Shown here: positions 24,401 through 39,400 of the stretch, one piece after another | Position numbering within the stretch: the stretch's first letter is position 1 | How the letters are laid out: each line of letters starts with the position of its first letter | Source: Obrimoposthia wandeli | Lineage: Eukaryota | DNA length: 64,000 bases | Assembly: GCA_977020255.1 (NCBI GenBank) | Contig: CDROCS010001625.1 | Span: 744,001-808,000 of the forward strand | Direction of reading: 5' to 3' | Notes under the pieces: generated by a model | Told to the model about the DNA's origin: nothing | The model's database searches: none | The model's input: the letters and a program-made list of their open reading frames with translations, nothing else | Made by a program: the position numbers and the translations under genes

Positions 24401-27400
24401 ATGAATTTATGTAAGTTTTATGTGTATTTTACAAGGGAAGCACTAATAACTTTTATATAATTGAGGAATAAATTTAATTTGAAACATAATGTATAATGTA
24501 TTAAGTTAGAAATTATTAATCGAAAGATTTGCATATTTTAAATAATTTTAGATATATACATTAATATATCTGTAGCTTCCTTAAATATATGAATAAAGTA
24601 AGTAAATTTATTTTCTCAAATTTAAAAGTAATTGCATTTTAAAATCTTCTCAAAAGTAAAATGTTAAGTTATTTTTAGCTACTATAATACATGGATTTGC
24701 CATTGTTTCATTCTAGTTTAAAACTATTATACTTATGTAGATGTCATTTGGGTATTCTTCGTTGTTAGTCAAACCTTTTGCATCCATAGATGACAAAAAT
24801 ATTGGTGAATTTCATTAATGATTTCATTAGCATTCTTCGGAGGTATAATAATTAAATCTGTAAAATTTTATTCAAAATAAAAGTTATCATCACAGAGTTT
24901 TAGTTTTTCTTTTATTTTACTTTCTATTTGGAGAAAAACTTTCATTTCTTTTACTTGCATATATTCTTGTATTTTTCTTATCTTACTCAAGAAGTTGTCT
25001 TCATTTAGTGAGTGTATATATCGTATTTTAGATTTCTCTAGTGCGGTTATATGTTTAGTTTGACACTGAGTTCAGACTGTTTCATTCAATCTTGACATGT
25101 CATCGATATTACCAATACCTTTACGATGTTCTAACTTAAAATTAAATTTCGATAAATTTGCCACCCATGTTTGAAATTGGGGATTGAATTGTTTTTCGTC
25201 GTTCTTAAAGACACTAAAGCTTTATGATCTGTTCTTCCTAAAAATTCTGATCTATATAAACATTGTTTGAAATGCATAACAAATTGGTATACTGCTAAAA
25301 GTATTTTTCTGGTAACACAATAGCGTTTTTCATAAGAAGTCAAATATCTTGAATCGTATGCAATCACTTTTTTGTTTCTTATTTCATCCAGTTTGCTCAA
25401 TACTGCCCAATCGCATCAAACCTTGCGTCTGTATCAATTATAAATTTTCTATTTGGCCTAATAAAGTCTAATATGAGATCTGTTGTTAATTTTTCTTTCA
25501 GGGTTTAAAAGTTGTTTTACAATCCGGTGACCATTGTATTGAATTCTTTACTCCGGAACCCGCCACATATGAAGCTTCGATTTTGGAATAATTTTTAATA
25601 GATCTTAGTTTTCTGTTACAATCATTCCTTTAAATTTATAATTTCGTTGACTTTTGACTGATTTGTATGTATTCCGCTTGCTGTTATGGTATGCCAGGAA
25701 TTTTTATTGTATCTGACCGATGCTGCATTTATTACGGTTTATTCTGAGCTGCAATTCTTTTGAATACTTCCCTTAATAATTCATAATGTTCTTGGTTGTT
25801 ACTATAAACATATTTGAACAGCAAACCATCTAATATTTTATGCACCAGACTGGAATGTTGCCGGTACTATAGCCAACCTAAATGACAACCCTAACCCAGT
25901 TTTGTAATGAAATCGTTTTTGCCTGAGACTCATTTTTTAGATCCACCTGGTAATAAGCTTGTGTAATATTTTTGCATCACCTAGACAATCGAACAAGAGT
26001 TGTGCATCCGGCATGGAAAATGTAAACTTGGTTACAGCATCCAATTGTCTATAGTCAACACACATTCTAATTGTATGGTCTGGCTACTTCACATTGACCA
26101 ATAGTGAGTTCCAAGGACTCTCACAACTATTAATTATGTTTGATTTGAGTTAATTTTCAATCATTTCATCAACTTGATTTACTAAATACATTGGTTGTAG
26201 TCTAGGATTTTGACATTGATTTTCGACAATCTCAATTTTATGGGAGATAATTTTGGTATATCCTTAATCGAATTTAGAACACATAAATATTTTTCCGAAC
26301 TCTTCAATATAATGTCCTAGAATTGAGTCTCAATCGCATTTTAAAGAATTACATATTTTATCTGTTCTTTCTTTTGAAGAAAACGTTTTCATCATGCAAG
26401 ACGAGTCCAAATTACGAACTTCTTGTAGCTTTATCTCGAATGTTTTCATTGTATCGATTCCACCAATAAAATCTGGTTTAATTTTATCTACAACGATTAT
26501 TACGAAAGCTTTCTTCTTTCTATTCCACATTGTGTTAGTATTAAACCTACATAAAAGTTGTTGATGGATACTCAAAAAACTCCACTCAGATATAAATGAC
26601 TCTTATTTTGTGACATCCTACTTTCTTCCATCAATCCTTACTCATTACAGTAACTGATGCTACGGAGTTCCACAACATTTCAACATCTACATCATTAATC
26701 TTCATTATACTCTATTCACGACCACCATTCTTCATATATAAATATTTTTTCATTCCGCTTTGGTTCTATATGCTCGATCCCACCGACGAAATGTGAGCAA
26801 TGGGATCGCTCACGTTTCCCTAATTAACATCATGTATTATCAAGTCGTCATTATTACAATTTTCTAAATCTTCATTATTTTCTCTCACTTCTTCTGTTAT
26901 ACAATGTACTCTTGAAGTTTTATATATATATTTTTAAAAGATATCAGCTGTTAAAATTGTGGGTTTTTTTTCCTCAAATCAAACATTTGTTATTGAGAGG
27001 ACATTTCGGAAATGACCTTTTTCATCACAACAAAAGCATGCTCCTGGCTGAAGTTCTTCCCATTTTGTGACAGTCCCTTGGCTAAGTTATATTTTCTTTT
27101 AGCTATTTGTTTTAAGGAAAACCTTGGCATTGGTCTCCTATTATTTTGATTTTGGGCGTTTCTATTTATGTATCTTTTTTCTTCATTAGCAACTTTCTTT
27201 GTTCCTTGTGTACTGGTAGTGATACTAGGTGTTTCTTTGTATTGTTTCAGAAATTAAGGTTGTCAGGACGGTTGTATTCTTTTTTACTGTATTTGCATGG
27301 ATTCTGAAATTGTGCAATCACGGTTTTCTTTTTCTCAATATTGCTATAAACCTTTGCCGACGCCTCTATTTCTTCTTTTGGCATATGAGGTTTTAATAAG

Positions 27401-30400
27401 AACTGCTTCTTCAGTTTTCATTTCTTACTCTATCCTTACTAAAAGCGCCAGTTAGCTCATCTTTGCTAACATTATTTTCCATCATGGCCTCTAATGCTGA
27501 ACACTGAGAAACGTTCGCCTTCTAATTACTTCATCTTTGCGAGTTCGCATACTTTATAAACAATGTATTTATTTTCTAAGAAATTTTCTTAAAACCATTT
27601 TGACTTCATTTGATGAATTTAGTGCTTCACTGGCATCATTCCATAATAATGCAGCTTCATCGGACAACAGCAAATCAAATGGATCCCTGATATTAATATC
27701 ATTTGCTTCGACCAACTCATATATCTTTTAACTATTTATCACCTTCCTTTGAACTATTTACATCATATAGTCTTATGTTGTACTGCAACATCATTCTAGT
27801 CTCTTTTGGAAGACTCGAGAATATTCTTCCTTGATTTATTTCTTGTCAATTCATTCATTTGGGCGTCGTCGTCAGTTTTGTTTTCCTTCGTAAACATAAT
27901 TCAAATGAGTCAAATTCCACAAACTGAAGATTTATTAATTTTATATACGAACTTTTAAACAAATGATATCAGCATGCTATTTTCGGCTTCTGATTTGTAC
28001 ATTACATAACTATAGTGTAGGCTAAAGAGACAAAATACAAAAAGAATCTTTCTAGTATATGTTTTCAAAATCTTTATAATAATGCAGGGTATAATATTTT
28101 ATAGAATTTATATAATCAAAACTTTCCTGTCATACTTGCTCGAATAAATAGGTGAGATTGTTTTTAAATTTCTATTTTCGAAACTTTCGCAAAAGCTTCT
28201 ACTGTCGCTTAATTTGGAGGATGGTTCTATAGCTGCAATAATTTAGGCCGTCTGTTATTGATAATTTAGGCTTATTTTTATTAATTCGACATGAAATTTG
28301 AATTTTTCAGATGGTTAATCAAATATTGTAGAATATAAATGTTTTTGTGCTCCAAAAGATCAGAAGGGAGGGCCACAGAAGTTTCTCTAAGTTCTCCTGG
28401 GATGTACTGTTCTGATCATAAACGGTATCATCAAATAAAGCATAATCTTAAGTATATTGTTAAGTAAAATAAGAAGCATCATGATAGTTGGGTGATCAGA
28501 GCTGAATGATTGCAAATTAGTCAGTAACATGTAGGCATCGAATTATGAGTTAATTGGTAAACATAATAGTTTTAACGTCTCATTGAATATATAAAGAATA
28601 CATAGAATAAAATACTTCTCTGACTGTAATTGTCAAACTTTAGTACTTCTCTATTAATAGATTTGATGACTATTTCTGTTGTATTTTATAATTAATTCAT
28701 TTTATAGATATAGAACAACTATCAAAGCAAATATTCTCGAAATCGAAAGATTAAAGAAAATTGCTGAAAAAAATAAGTAAGTATATATTTTTGGTTAAAA
28801 TTTTCGTATTTTTTAAAATCATAATATGTAATGCATATGTCGTTTGTAATTATCTTTATTCAATCTAACAAGGAAACGTTTCGCACGGTCATAAAAAGAA
28901 CTCAGTGAAATTTTAATATATGATAAACATAATAAATTGCAATATTAAAAATGTAGTTTTAGCTGCTATTTATTTATAATAAAAAAGTTATATGTATTAA
29001 ATTTTTATAAAATAAATTTTATGATTTGGTTTAATTGAAATAATTTAAATTCAAAAATTTAAGCGCACTAGTTGAAATAGTGTTGCGAATTTTAAAATCC
29101 AATAGCAATTTGGTAAGGTTTTATTTTAAATCAATAAAAATTTAATATTTCATTAAATTAATTTTTATTTGGTATTTATTCATATAATCACGTTAGTGTT
29201 TCTATAATTTAATATATTTAAACACATTTAAACACATTTATAACATAAATATTTCTTTCGATAACTTTTTATATACTGAAAACTACCAGATAATGAAATT
29301 ACTTTTATATATAGAATTCATTTCATATTTTTTATACAAATTGCAAATTCATAATTTTTATGACACCTAAAGTACGTTTCCTTGTAAGATTTTTTTTCGT
29401 TTCTGTTATAGATTTTGAGTATACGTCTGTTTTATTTTTAACCGTCAAATGTAATACAAAAACCGTGAAATTGATCATTTTTCTATATTCTCCAGAACAA
29501 TATCTTTTAACCCATATTATTAAAAACCTTAATGCTTCGTTGACCCACTCCGAACGTAAAGGTAGCTCTAAAAATCAATCAAATATATTTATTGTATTTA
29601 AGTTATATGTACAACAAATTTGTATTTTTCTATCAAGAGCAGTTAAAATGGAATTGGAAATTCGTAAACGAAAGAATAATGATAATTGGTTCATTATCCT
29701 TAAGTTTCCTCAAATATAGTTTTATATTAATAATATTTTAGATATAGATAATATAGATTTTAATTAGAAGAATTTTATTGAAAATACAATACACATTTAC
29801 AAGGATGACGCATAATTTGTACTCGTAGACAACATGGCAATGGATGCTATTTGACATTAAGCTTTTTATTTAGCTTCTGTTTTATTTATTTGATCAATGA
29901 GTCTTGCGCTACAAAATTCTACTCCTACAAATATTAATCATTGTGTAGTTGTCAATTTTGTTGATACCATTTTAATCATTATACATTATATTTTAGTTCA
30001 TTATGAGCTGTATAAATAATTGCTAATATGACTTGAAGGCTATATAAATTGTAAGTTGTAAGAAAGTCAACTTCAGAATTTATCCAAACACCCTTTAATA
30101 AAGAATAAATTTAACAGATTACCCGTGGAAAATATCTTAATTTTTTTATAACAGCATTTTAGATAATGATCTATGGTCATTACTAGGGCAAACAAAATGC
30201 AACTTTTGCAACTTTTTTTCACCTTTCTAATATCGTCTTAGAAAGCTTATGATACAAATTTTCTTTTTTTGGCTTCATAACCGATTTATTAACGCAACTT
30301 TTACAACTTTTGAAAATAAATGCAACTTTTGCGACTTCTATTTCATCATATAATCTCTTTTTAACGGCATACTATTATTTCTAGTAAATACTTAATATAT

Positions 30401-33400
30401 TTTAAATCTATATCAAATACATTTTATAAATCCATTTCTAATTTTAACTCGGTCACATTTAAGTAATTTTTAATCACTTATTTACTTATTTACTCACTTA
30501 CCAAGAATTTTCAAATGCCTCGTACATCGTGTTCCGTAATATCAAAAGTACAAAAATATGCGAAGGACCATCCTAAAGAATTTGTTGTAACACCAAAAGG
30601 AGATTTTTTTGTCAATTTTGTAACCAAATCATAGGGTATGATCGTCGTTTATCTGTCTTAAAACATCTTTCAACATCGAAGCATGTGAAAGAACTTCAAA
30701 ATTGCAGTGGCACATCTAGGCAAACATTCATGCCTCCTAGTTCGACAATGCGATTTCAATGAGAGACTAATACGAGCATGGTTTGCAGCTGATATCCCAT
30801 TACATAAGTTGCACAACAATGAGCTACGAGAGCTTTTCTTATCTTTGGGACAACCACTTCCTTCGGTGACTACCTGTCGAACGTCTGTACTTTCTCTAGC
30901 AGAAGAGGAAACATTGCGAGTACAATCTTTAATATCTGAAGCTCCTTTTTTCCCGTAGTTGATGAAAGTGACCTTAACGGTAACAAATATTTAAATATAC
31001 TCATTGGCCGTCTTGACACACCATAAAAAAACATATTTATTGAAGTGTACACCGTTAAATGAAAATTGCAACCAATTTACAATTATTCACGCTGTTGATG
31101 ATGTTGTAAAGCAAATAAAATCGAATAGATTTAACTTTTTTCTTTTATTAACCGACACTGCTTGTTATATGACAGCAGCTGGTTTGGCACTTAAGCACAT
31201 TTATCAGAGGTTATTCCATGTAACGTACATTGCTCATTTGCTTCACAACTGTGCTGAAAAGGTCCGAACATTTTTTTCAAGGGTTAATGAACTTATTGCC
31301 AGAGTTCAAGCGGTCACTAGAAAATGCAAGCGTCGACGAGAAGAGTTTTCTTCCATAGGTTATCCTCCACTTGCTGGGCATCCTGGCTACAAGCTTCATT
31401 TTATTATTACAATAATTTACCATTTGTTAGGGAAGTTGTAAGCTGCTGGAAAGGTGATGGACTCATAATCATTCATGCGATTTCATCTGTCAATGTAGCG
31501 AACCTTCGCGATCTGCTTCATATTAAAAGATGTTATGAATGCTTGGCAAAATTAGTGGTCAAATGCGAGTCAACTACTTACAGCATTCGGGAAGTTTGTA
31601 CAATTCTTCATCCTTTAAACTTCGATGAAGACCCTTGCAATATTCGGACGTATGTAAATTCTCGGATCTTCAAGAATCGCGGATTCAACGATATAATGAC
31701 GATGAATCGAGGTGAGATTTCACCGCCATGGTACGAGCTTCTACAGTCTTTCAACCAACATCTGCATCGGTGGAACGGAGTTTTTCATTGTTGAGAAAAT
31801 TGTTATCAAATTACCGCAATTTTTTGCCGTCAAATGTGGAAAAATACCTAATTCTTTACATAATAAGAAATATAAATGTTTTGTTGTTCTGAAAGCGATT
31901 AATTCGAAAAAATTGAATTTTGTAAGCATAGTGCTTAAATGAATAAATAATAAAAAAATAAAAATTATAAATGCAACTTTTTCGATTTTTAAGCGCAACT
32001 TTAGATCGCCCTGTCATTACTCTCACATGTATTGAATAACTTAATCTTATGAAATTAGAAAAGTACTATATTTAATTTTTTTTGCCATCCAATTTTTTAT
32101 TTTTAAGGTATAATTTGTTTTGGGCCAGACCAAATCTATCAACGCCATTTCTTTACAATTTATATTAATAAAGAAATTGACACTTAAGTATCCGGATGTG
32201 TTTTTCTAGCATACTTTATGTGGTTTGCTTGGAAAACAAATCACAATTGCACCCCTTGAAAATATCGTTGCAAATGTATATACAGCTCTGCGTCAGAAAT
32301 TAGCAAAACTGAACAAACATTGTACCTTAAATTTTGTGATTATCTTATGATAATAAAATAATACATTTAGAATTTAGTGAGAACGTAATTTTAAAAACCA
32401 TGTAATTAATTTCTATTTTTTATGATTTTAAAATTTCAATTAAATATGATTATTTCTGGAATATTAATTTTATCCATACTATGATATAAAATAAGTTAAA
32501 CAAAATTGTATATAAAGCGTTTAATAAACCATTATAAATGTTTATTTAAAATATCGTGGGATATTCCTAAAATTGAAAAAAGTATAGTTAATAAAGTTCT
32601 CTTTATTTATTTGTCCATAGGTTGGTAATATAGATGAATATAGTGTGATAGAGCTGTATAACATTTACAAAAATATTTAAGCCTAAGATTTACTTTCATA
32701 GTCTAAAAACTACTTTTATTATGCTAGAAAACTACACCCGGATAAATTAGAAATGAATGATGATGATAGTCTATCAGCGATGGCTTTGGTGTAGTGCAGA
32801 ACAACACATTGATTAGAATTTACGTTGGAACACGCATTTTAAGTATATTGTTTTTAAATGATTTTTTAGCTTCATACATTTGGACTTATACATTTTGGAA
32901 TTTTGATGTTTAGTTGATGGAGTAAATGCTAATGTCATTCAGTTCTGATGGGCATGGTATTTGACTAGCTTTGCTCTTGCGCAATCCCTAATTATATTCT
33001 TTACCATGTTTCTTCGGCGGACTCATATTACACCAAAAATCAGCAATTCGAAAGTCAGTTAAGTGTTCGATTTTCAAAACTTCGAAACTTAGATTTCAAA
33101 TTTCCTAAGATCGAAAAGTTTTTTTTCCACTTTTTCATTTCACCGAAGTATTTTTTGATTTTTGTGTAAATAGAATAGAAAAGCAAAATATAGTTTTTAA
33201 ATAAAGTAAATCGAATTATTAAATTAAATTTTTTTCTTCTTTTCTTCTCATTTATTATCATAAAAAAATTTGTTGTTATAAAATAGTTACATTTGATGTT
33301 ATGGAAATTTAAAATTTATCTTTCGAAGTTATGAAAATTGTAAAATTAACCGACTTTGTATGTATAATTTTTGGTGAAATAATGACGTTTTTCTGGACTT

Positions 33401-36400
33401 TAATAATCTGTGTTTAGTTTTAATTTCTCAATAAATTCATTTTTTTCTTACACATTATTTTAATTCTGTCTTCAAATAATATTGAAAAATGACCTTAGAA
33501 TCTAAGTGTAGACTTAAGTTCAAATAAATCTCCTTTAAAAGATATAACATACAAACTTATACATCGAATTATCAGCAAATAAAGAAACATAACTTTACGA
33601 CCTAACCATTCAAAAAGTTCCAGGAAATCTCATGAAAATATTTTGACTTTATTTTGTGTATGAGGAATTTAAAAAAGTATTTAAACGTATTTAGTTCCAG
33701 GAATCTGGGAGACGATGATGATGGCTTACGGTCATTATCCGAATCGAAATATCGATTCCAAGAAAAAATCCGCTTTCTCGAGAACAAAAATTCAGGTAAC
33801 ATTTTCCATTTTTTTACTGTCTTTCTATAATCATAAACCTCTATGTTATCTCTAGCATATTTAAATTTCAAGTCATTAGAGAATAAACTTATAAAGTTTT
33901 TAAAAATATATAGTTAGGAGATTCTTTAAGGGGCACAGAATATTTAAATGATTTTATTTGAAGTACATTTTAACCCACATTGTTCATGTAATGTAAACAA
34001 ATTGTAAAATGATTAACTAACGATGTAAGCTAATAGGAATTGCTTTTAATTATCAAATAATATAATTTTTCTATCTTGTTAATATTTAGAAATGGAATAT
34101 ACACTAAACAAAGAAGCAAAGAAACGGAAAAAGTTTAAAGTCGAACTTGAAGATGTAACAAACGGTTAGTACTGACTGCTCTAAATGTGGTTTATTTTTG
34201 TTTCTAAAGAGCGGGATGATTGGGAAGAATTAAATGCCAAACTAGAGAAAGAAATGAAGAAGTTAAAAAAGGAGAATAAAAGTGAATTTTTAATTCTATA
34301 TTATTTATTAAGTTTTTCTAGATTTGAAAAATAAAGAATCTAACAGTGGATCGGGTAATTTTTTATTAATGTTTATAAATAATAATATTATTTAAAATTT
34401 ATTTGAATTTTTCTGATAAGAAAACGATTTAAGCTTGAAATAACAAATCTGAATATAATTTATATTTTATTTAGGATTTTCTTCTGTACTAATTAAAAAT
34501 TATGAAAATCTTTAAATAAGTTTAGTTTGAAAATATCAAATTATTTAATTTTATGGAAAATGCGATTTTATTATTTGACTACACCAGGGATTCTCAAGCT
34601 ATTCGGTTAATTTTCCTAATTGTAACCCATCCATAAACCATTTCTCCCATAAACTCCTAAATTTCAACTGTATAAAAGTATCCGTAAGGGTATCCCTTTA
34701 TTCGACAGTACTCATAAAAATTAGTAACAGTGGATGGGATTTCTGAGCCAGGAATTGTATCAATATTATCGATATTTGGCTATGGTTTTGACGTCTAATG
34801 TCATTTTGCACTTCTAGATTATTTGGTGACTTTTTTTTATAGCTTTTAGTGCTGCAAATGAGGATTCACATGTTATGATGTTGGGCATGGAACTAATTTT
34901 AAGAGCAACTGCAATAGAGCAGGATATTGTTCAAACGATTTTACCAACTTAGCAGCAGGGTTATTTACAAGATCAATGAATTATTTTTGTATAAAACCAG
35001 GAAAACTTTCCATCTGACACCGAACAAGATTCATAGGTGGGAAACAATCTAAACTCTGATATTAATGCAATAATGTGAGCAGACATCTCATCAACGAACT
35101 CTTTATCCAACTGGTTATTTTCAATTAAACATTAAAAATGACGAAACTTTACCTATTTATGGTTTTCCAAAGCTACAAAATTTGAGTAAAAGCTTGAATA
35201 TGATTGGTTTATTAGAAAATCTGACTAATTTTGCCCTGAAGCTTTTTATCCAATTCATTAAGATGCTTAACATATCTCCCAAATAGACAAGACATAGGTT
35301 TTTGCTGTTTATTTAATTGAGCAGCTCCAACTTGGTTGCGATTTCATTCATCATTGATATCAGTCGATCAGTCATATTGCCCTTTGAAAGCCATCAAACT
35401 TGGGTGTGAAACAACAAATCATGACATGCTTCATACAGCCTTTGTAATATTACATTCCTATATTTTTATATAATTGATAGATAGCAATCATTGCATTTTT
35501 AGATGATGGAGAAGTAGAAAACTTAAGTAAGTATTATGAATTTATATTATATCATTATCAAAGATTGATTTTTAATAAAGTTTATTGTTGATCATTTACT
35601 TTAACAAGGTAACATACATCAGATTATAATTGTAAATAGTAACAATTTATATATTATTCTAAAAGTAATTAAATAAACAAAGTTCACTATGACGAAATTC
35701 TGTATTTAAACAGGCTATTAATATAAATATTAAGTAAACAAGATGTAAAATTTGATATGTTCAGAATGAATTTAAATGATGCAGGTTTCTAATAAAATTG
35801 TCACATTATTTTTTAACAAGTTTAAATTTAAATACAAATTAAATATTTTCCGTGAACATAATTTAAGTTGTGTAATGTAAATACATTTTAAATTCTCAAA
35901 CCACATTAATATTTGATTCTAAAGTTTAATTAAAGAAAATAAAAAAAATATTAATTATTAGTTTTTTGTCCAGTGTCGCTTTGGATGATAACCTCACAAA
36001 AATTGAAATAATACTTTTGGTAATATTTAGTTATTATTTTTAAATTTTCATTAAAAAACTTATAAGTATAATGGGACCATATGTATATGTATGTTTTAAC
36101 AATTATTTTACGGAGATACTTTACAGATTTTCATTTCAGAAAAACAAATCTCCAAGCTCAAAGAGACAAACAAGAAAGAGAAGGCTTCGGCTCAAGAATG
36201 GGAGGAAAAATGTAAAGTCTATTTGTCTTTACAGGATTCATTTAATCGATATTAGACCAAAATCTGAGTGTTAGATCGAAAGTAGCAACTGAAGATCTTC
36301 CGCGTCTTCAAGGTTAGTGACATCTTTAGTTTCAGGTTTTGACGTTGTTTAATTTATTGTTTAAATATTTAATTAACCTTTATGTGAAACAGGAACAAAG

Positions 36401-39400
36401 TTAAAATATTAGCTCTCCAAAAAACTCATGGATTTTATGTTACCTAGTTAACGGTTTCATAAATTTATATATTTAATAACAATCTTCATTGATAATGGAT
36501 CTAAGTAATCAAGTTACTTGGATGTTAATTAGCTTATAAGATGCATTAACGCTCAAAAGTTACTGAGTTTGTAATCATTATCTACAAATAATATTAGGCA
36601 ATTAATATTAATTATTAATTTTAATTTCAAAAATGAGATTACTTTTCTTACAATATAAACGCAAACAAACAAATAAAACGTACATAAATATCATTTAAAA
36701 TCATGAATAATGGGAGAAAATGTTTTACTTAACGAGTTATTTAAGAATTAACTAAATTTTAAAATAGTATCGAAATATGTCATTGCTATCTTCTGTAACG
36801 TCTCTTGTTACTTAAGTAGTAGAGTATGTAGTCCAAAATTGTCGTTTCAAACTCCATTGGACGAAAATCTTCTAATTATATTTATATCCTTCACGAGATA
36901 AGCTTCTGAATTTCACACAGAATTACATACCTTTTTGGTAATATTTCAACATGGCTCTATTTCAACTGAGAATCAGAGTTTGCAATATCAATTGGTAAAT
37001 TAAAAAGAGTTATTAGAAGTTTTTAAAATTTATTCAAACATGTTTTTAATTAAAAAATGTTTTAGATTTCATTTTGCAACGATTTTACTCTTCCATTAAT
37101 ATTATTTATTCAGTTCATCTTATTTTTCTTTTAGGGAAACTGATAATGTAAAATAATGAAAGCTAAACTTAAGTTATACATTAAATTTTTTCTCATAAAT
37201 AAAAAAAGTCAAGTATGGATCATTAAAATTAATATTAAAAAATATGTTCCAGCCGGCTCAGATTAACCTCGAAATCAACATGAAATATTTAATTGCCTCG
37301 TTCCACACTGCAAACTTATTCTAACCAGAACATTGCACTGAATATTGCTGTTAGACGTTTAGATAAAAAATTACCTGGAAATATATTGGCAGAGGCCGAC
37401 AAGGGATCTATTTTTTGCCGCATTTGACTGTTTTAAATTGTAATTAAAAATAATTAATTTGAAATCCAGATTATTTAGTTTTTAGCTCCTTGGTTTACAG
37501 TATTTGCAATAAAGTATTACGCTATGATATATTTGAAAAATGATTTAGCAAATTACATTTTAGCACCTTATTTTAACCAATTTTTTAGATTATTAGAAAT
37601 AAATGGCTTTTTGCATATTTTGTTAACGTTTACTCTTTTTCAATTAGTTACTAATTAAATTACCATTTAAATACCTAGAGCTTTTAAAATTCCTTTTCAT
37701 GGTTGGAATAAACAATTAATTCGCAAACTATATTTCACTAGATAAGTGCAGTGATCTGAAGAATCAACTGGAGGAAACTGAGAAGAAACTGGAAGACTCA
37801 AAATATGAGCTGGATGGTAAGTAGATCATTTTTTTACCTGATTTTTTCCCATAACCTTTTTAAGCCCATTGGAATTTCGAGATATTGTTGATAGAATCAT
37901 GTGCCAATAGCTTTATACTTAAAAAATTAAACAGGTAGTTTTATATCGGGGTTTAAAATATTTTTTTCAACATATCCACCATTCATTGTCAGTTTTGCTT
38001 ACCAAAGATGACCCTCTAGACATTCGTATTAAACTCATTTTAAATTTGTTTAAAGATGTTAGCAAGGAAATTAAGTGGATAAAATATCATCTATTATAAG
38101 CTCTTTTCGAATATTTTTCTTCATGAAATCATAGTTTTGTACAATGGGCATTGACGGGGATCAAGTAGAACAGTTTGTTGAAAGTAAATTTACATTTAGG
38201 CAATATTTTGATTTCACAATTTTGAGGCGAAGCGGGTTACATATTAAGTGAATCTATGTCTAAATTATGAAATTATTTACAACAATGAAATTATAAATTT
38301 TCACTTCGTTGCTTATAAATTTGTCATTGCCGATTTAGCCAATTTTTGGTAGCAGCGATGACTGACAATCACAATGGCTCTTTATGGAAGTTTATAGAAT
38401 TGATTTTTGAATTATACGAAGTAAAAGTGCTTTTGTGTTATTAGAATCATAATTTTTATTCTTTTTTGCCTACATTTATAATTGATTAATATGTGCTGTA
38501 TTACTAATACTGGGGTAATATAAGACTTTGAAACTGCTGACAAATATTATCAATATAACTAAGCATTTATTTAAATCTTTCAACTTCACATCATCCATCA
38601 TCTTTACTTGTCATAATTCTGAAAAAATGTTTATTAAATTTAGATAAATACCATTTCTTATTGAATGTATTACTTAATACTTTTAGATTCTAGTGATAAA
38701 TGGGCAAATGAAAGGAAAAAATTAGAGGAACAGATCGAAGAAAAACAAACCGAATGTGAAAGTAAAATTTATATTAATTTGTTTTATTACCCAGACAGAA
38801 ATGGTTATTACTTCCCACATATTTTATTTTCTCACCTCCAATATAACAAATTGACGTAATTATTATAACAATTATTTGGGGATTTCTAACATCAAAAGTA
38901 ATATTTACTTTTTTCATAGCCCCGAAAATATGTATCTATATTTGTATAATAAAATAGCTAAAAATAATTTTTTAATAAAGCATTTACTTTTTTTGATTAT
39001 TCAGTTTAGTTATGAATATTTTCATTTATTATCAGAACAAGTTATTATAATTTAGGTTTTATGAAAAAGTAAAATTTAACATTAGATCTTATGAAAATTG
39101 AAAAGTTAATAATGTTATGATTTTCGGTGTAGTATTACTTCACTGTTTGAAATCACATTTTTTTAATAAATAAAAAAAGTTTTTTCGATAATTTCAAATA
39201 TTTTAGAACTTTACAAAATTTTAAATAATCTGAAAATCACAGAAATTTAAAAAAATTTATAAGATTTATGAAAGTATATTTATTAGATGAAATTAAAATG
39301 TATACTTCAATGGAAAAATAGTTAAATTTTGTTTAACTTATATTTATAATTTTTTATTTTCTGGGAAGTTTAGATGATTTCTAACTTTGTACAGTCCTAA

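Noticed and set aside
29360-29719. 119-aa intronic ORF
   Set aside because: AT-rich, F/I/K-biased composition with no motif; likely a chance ORF.
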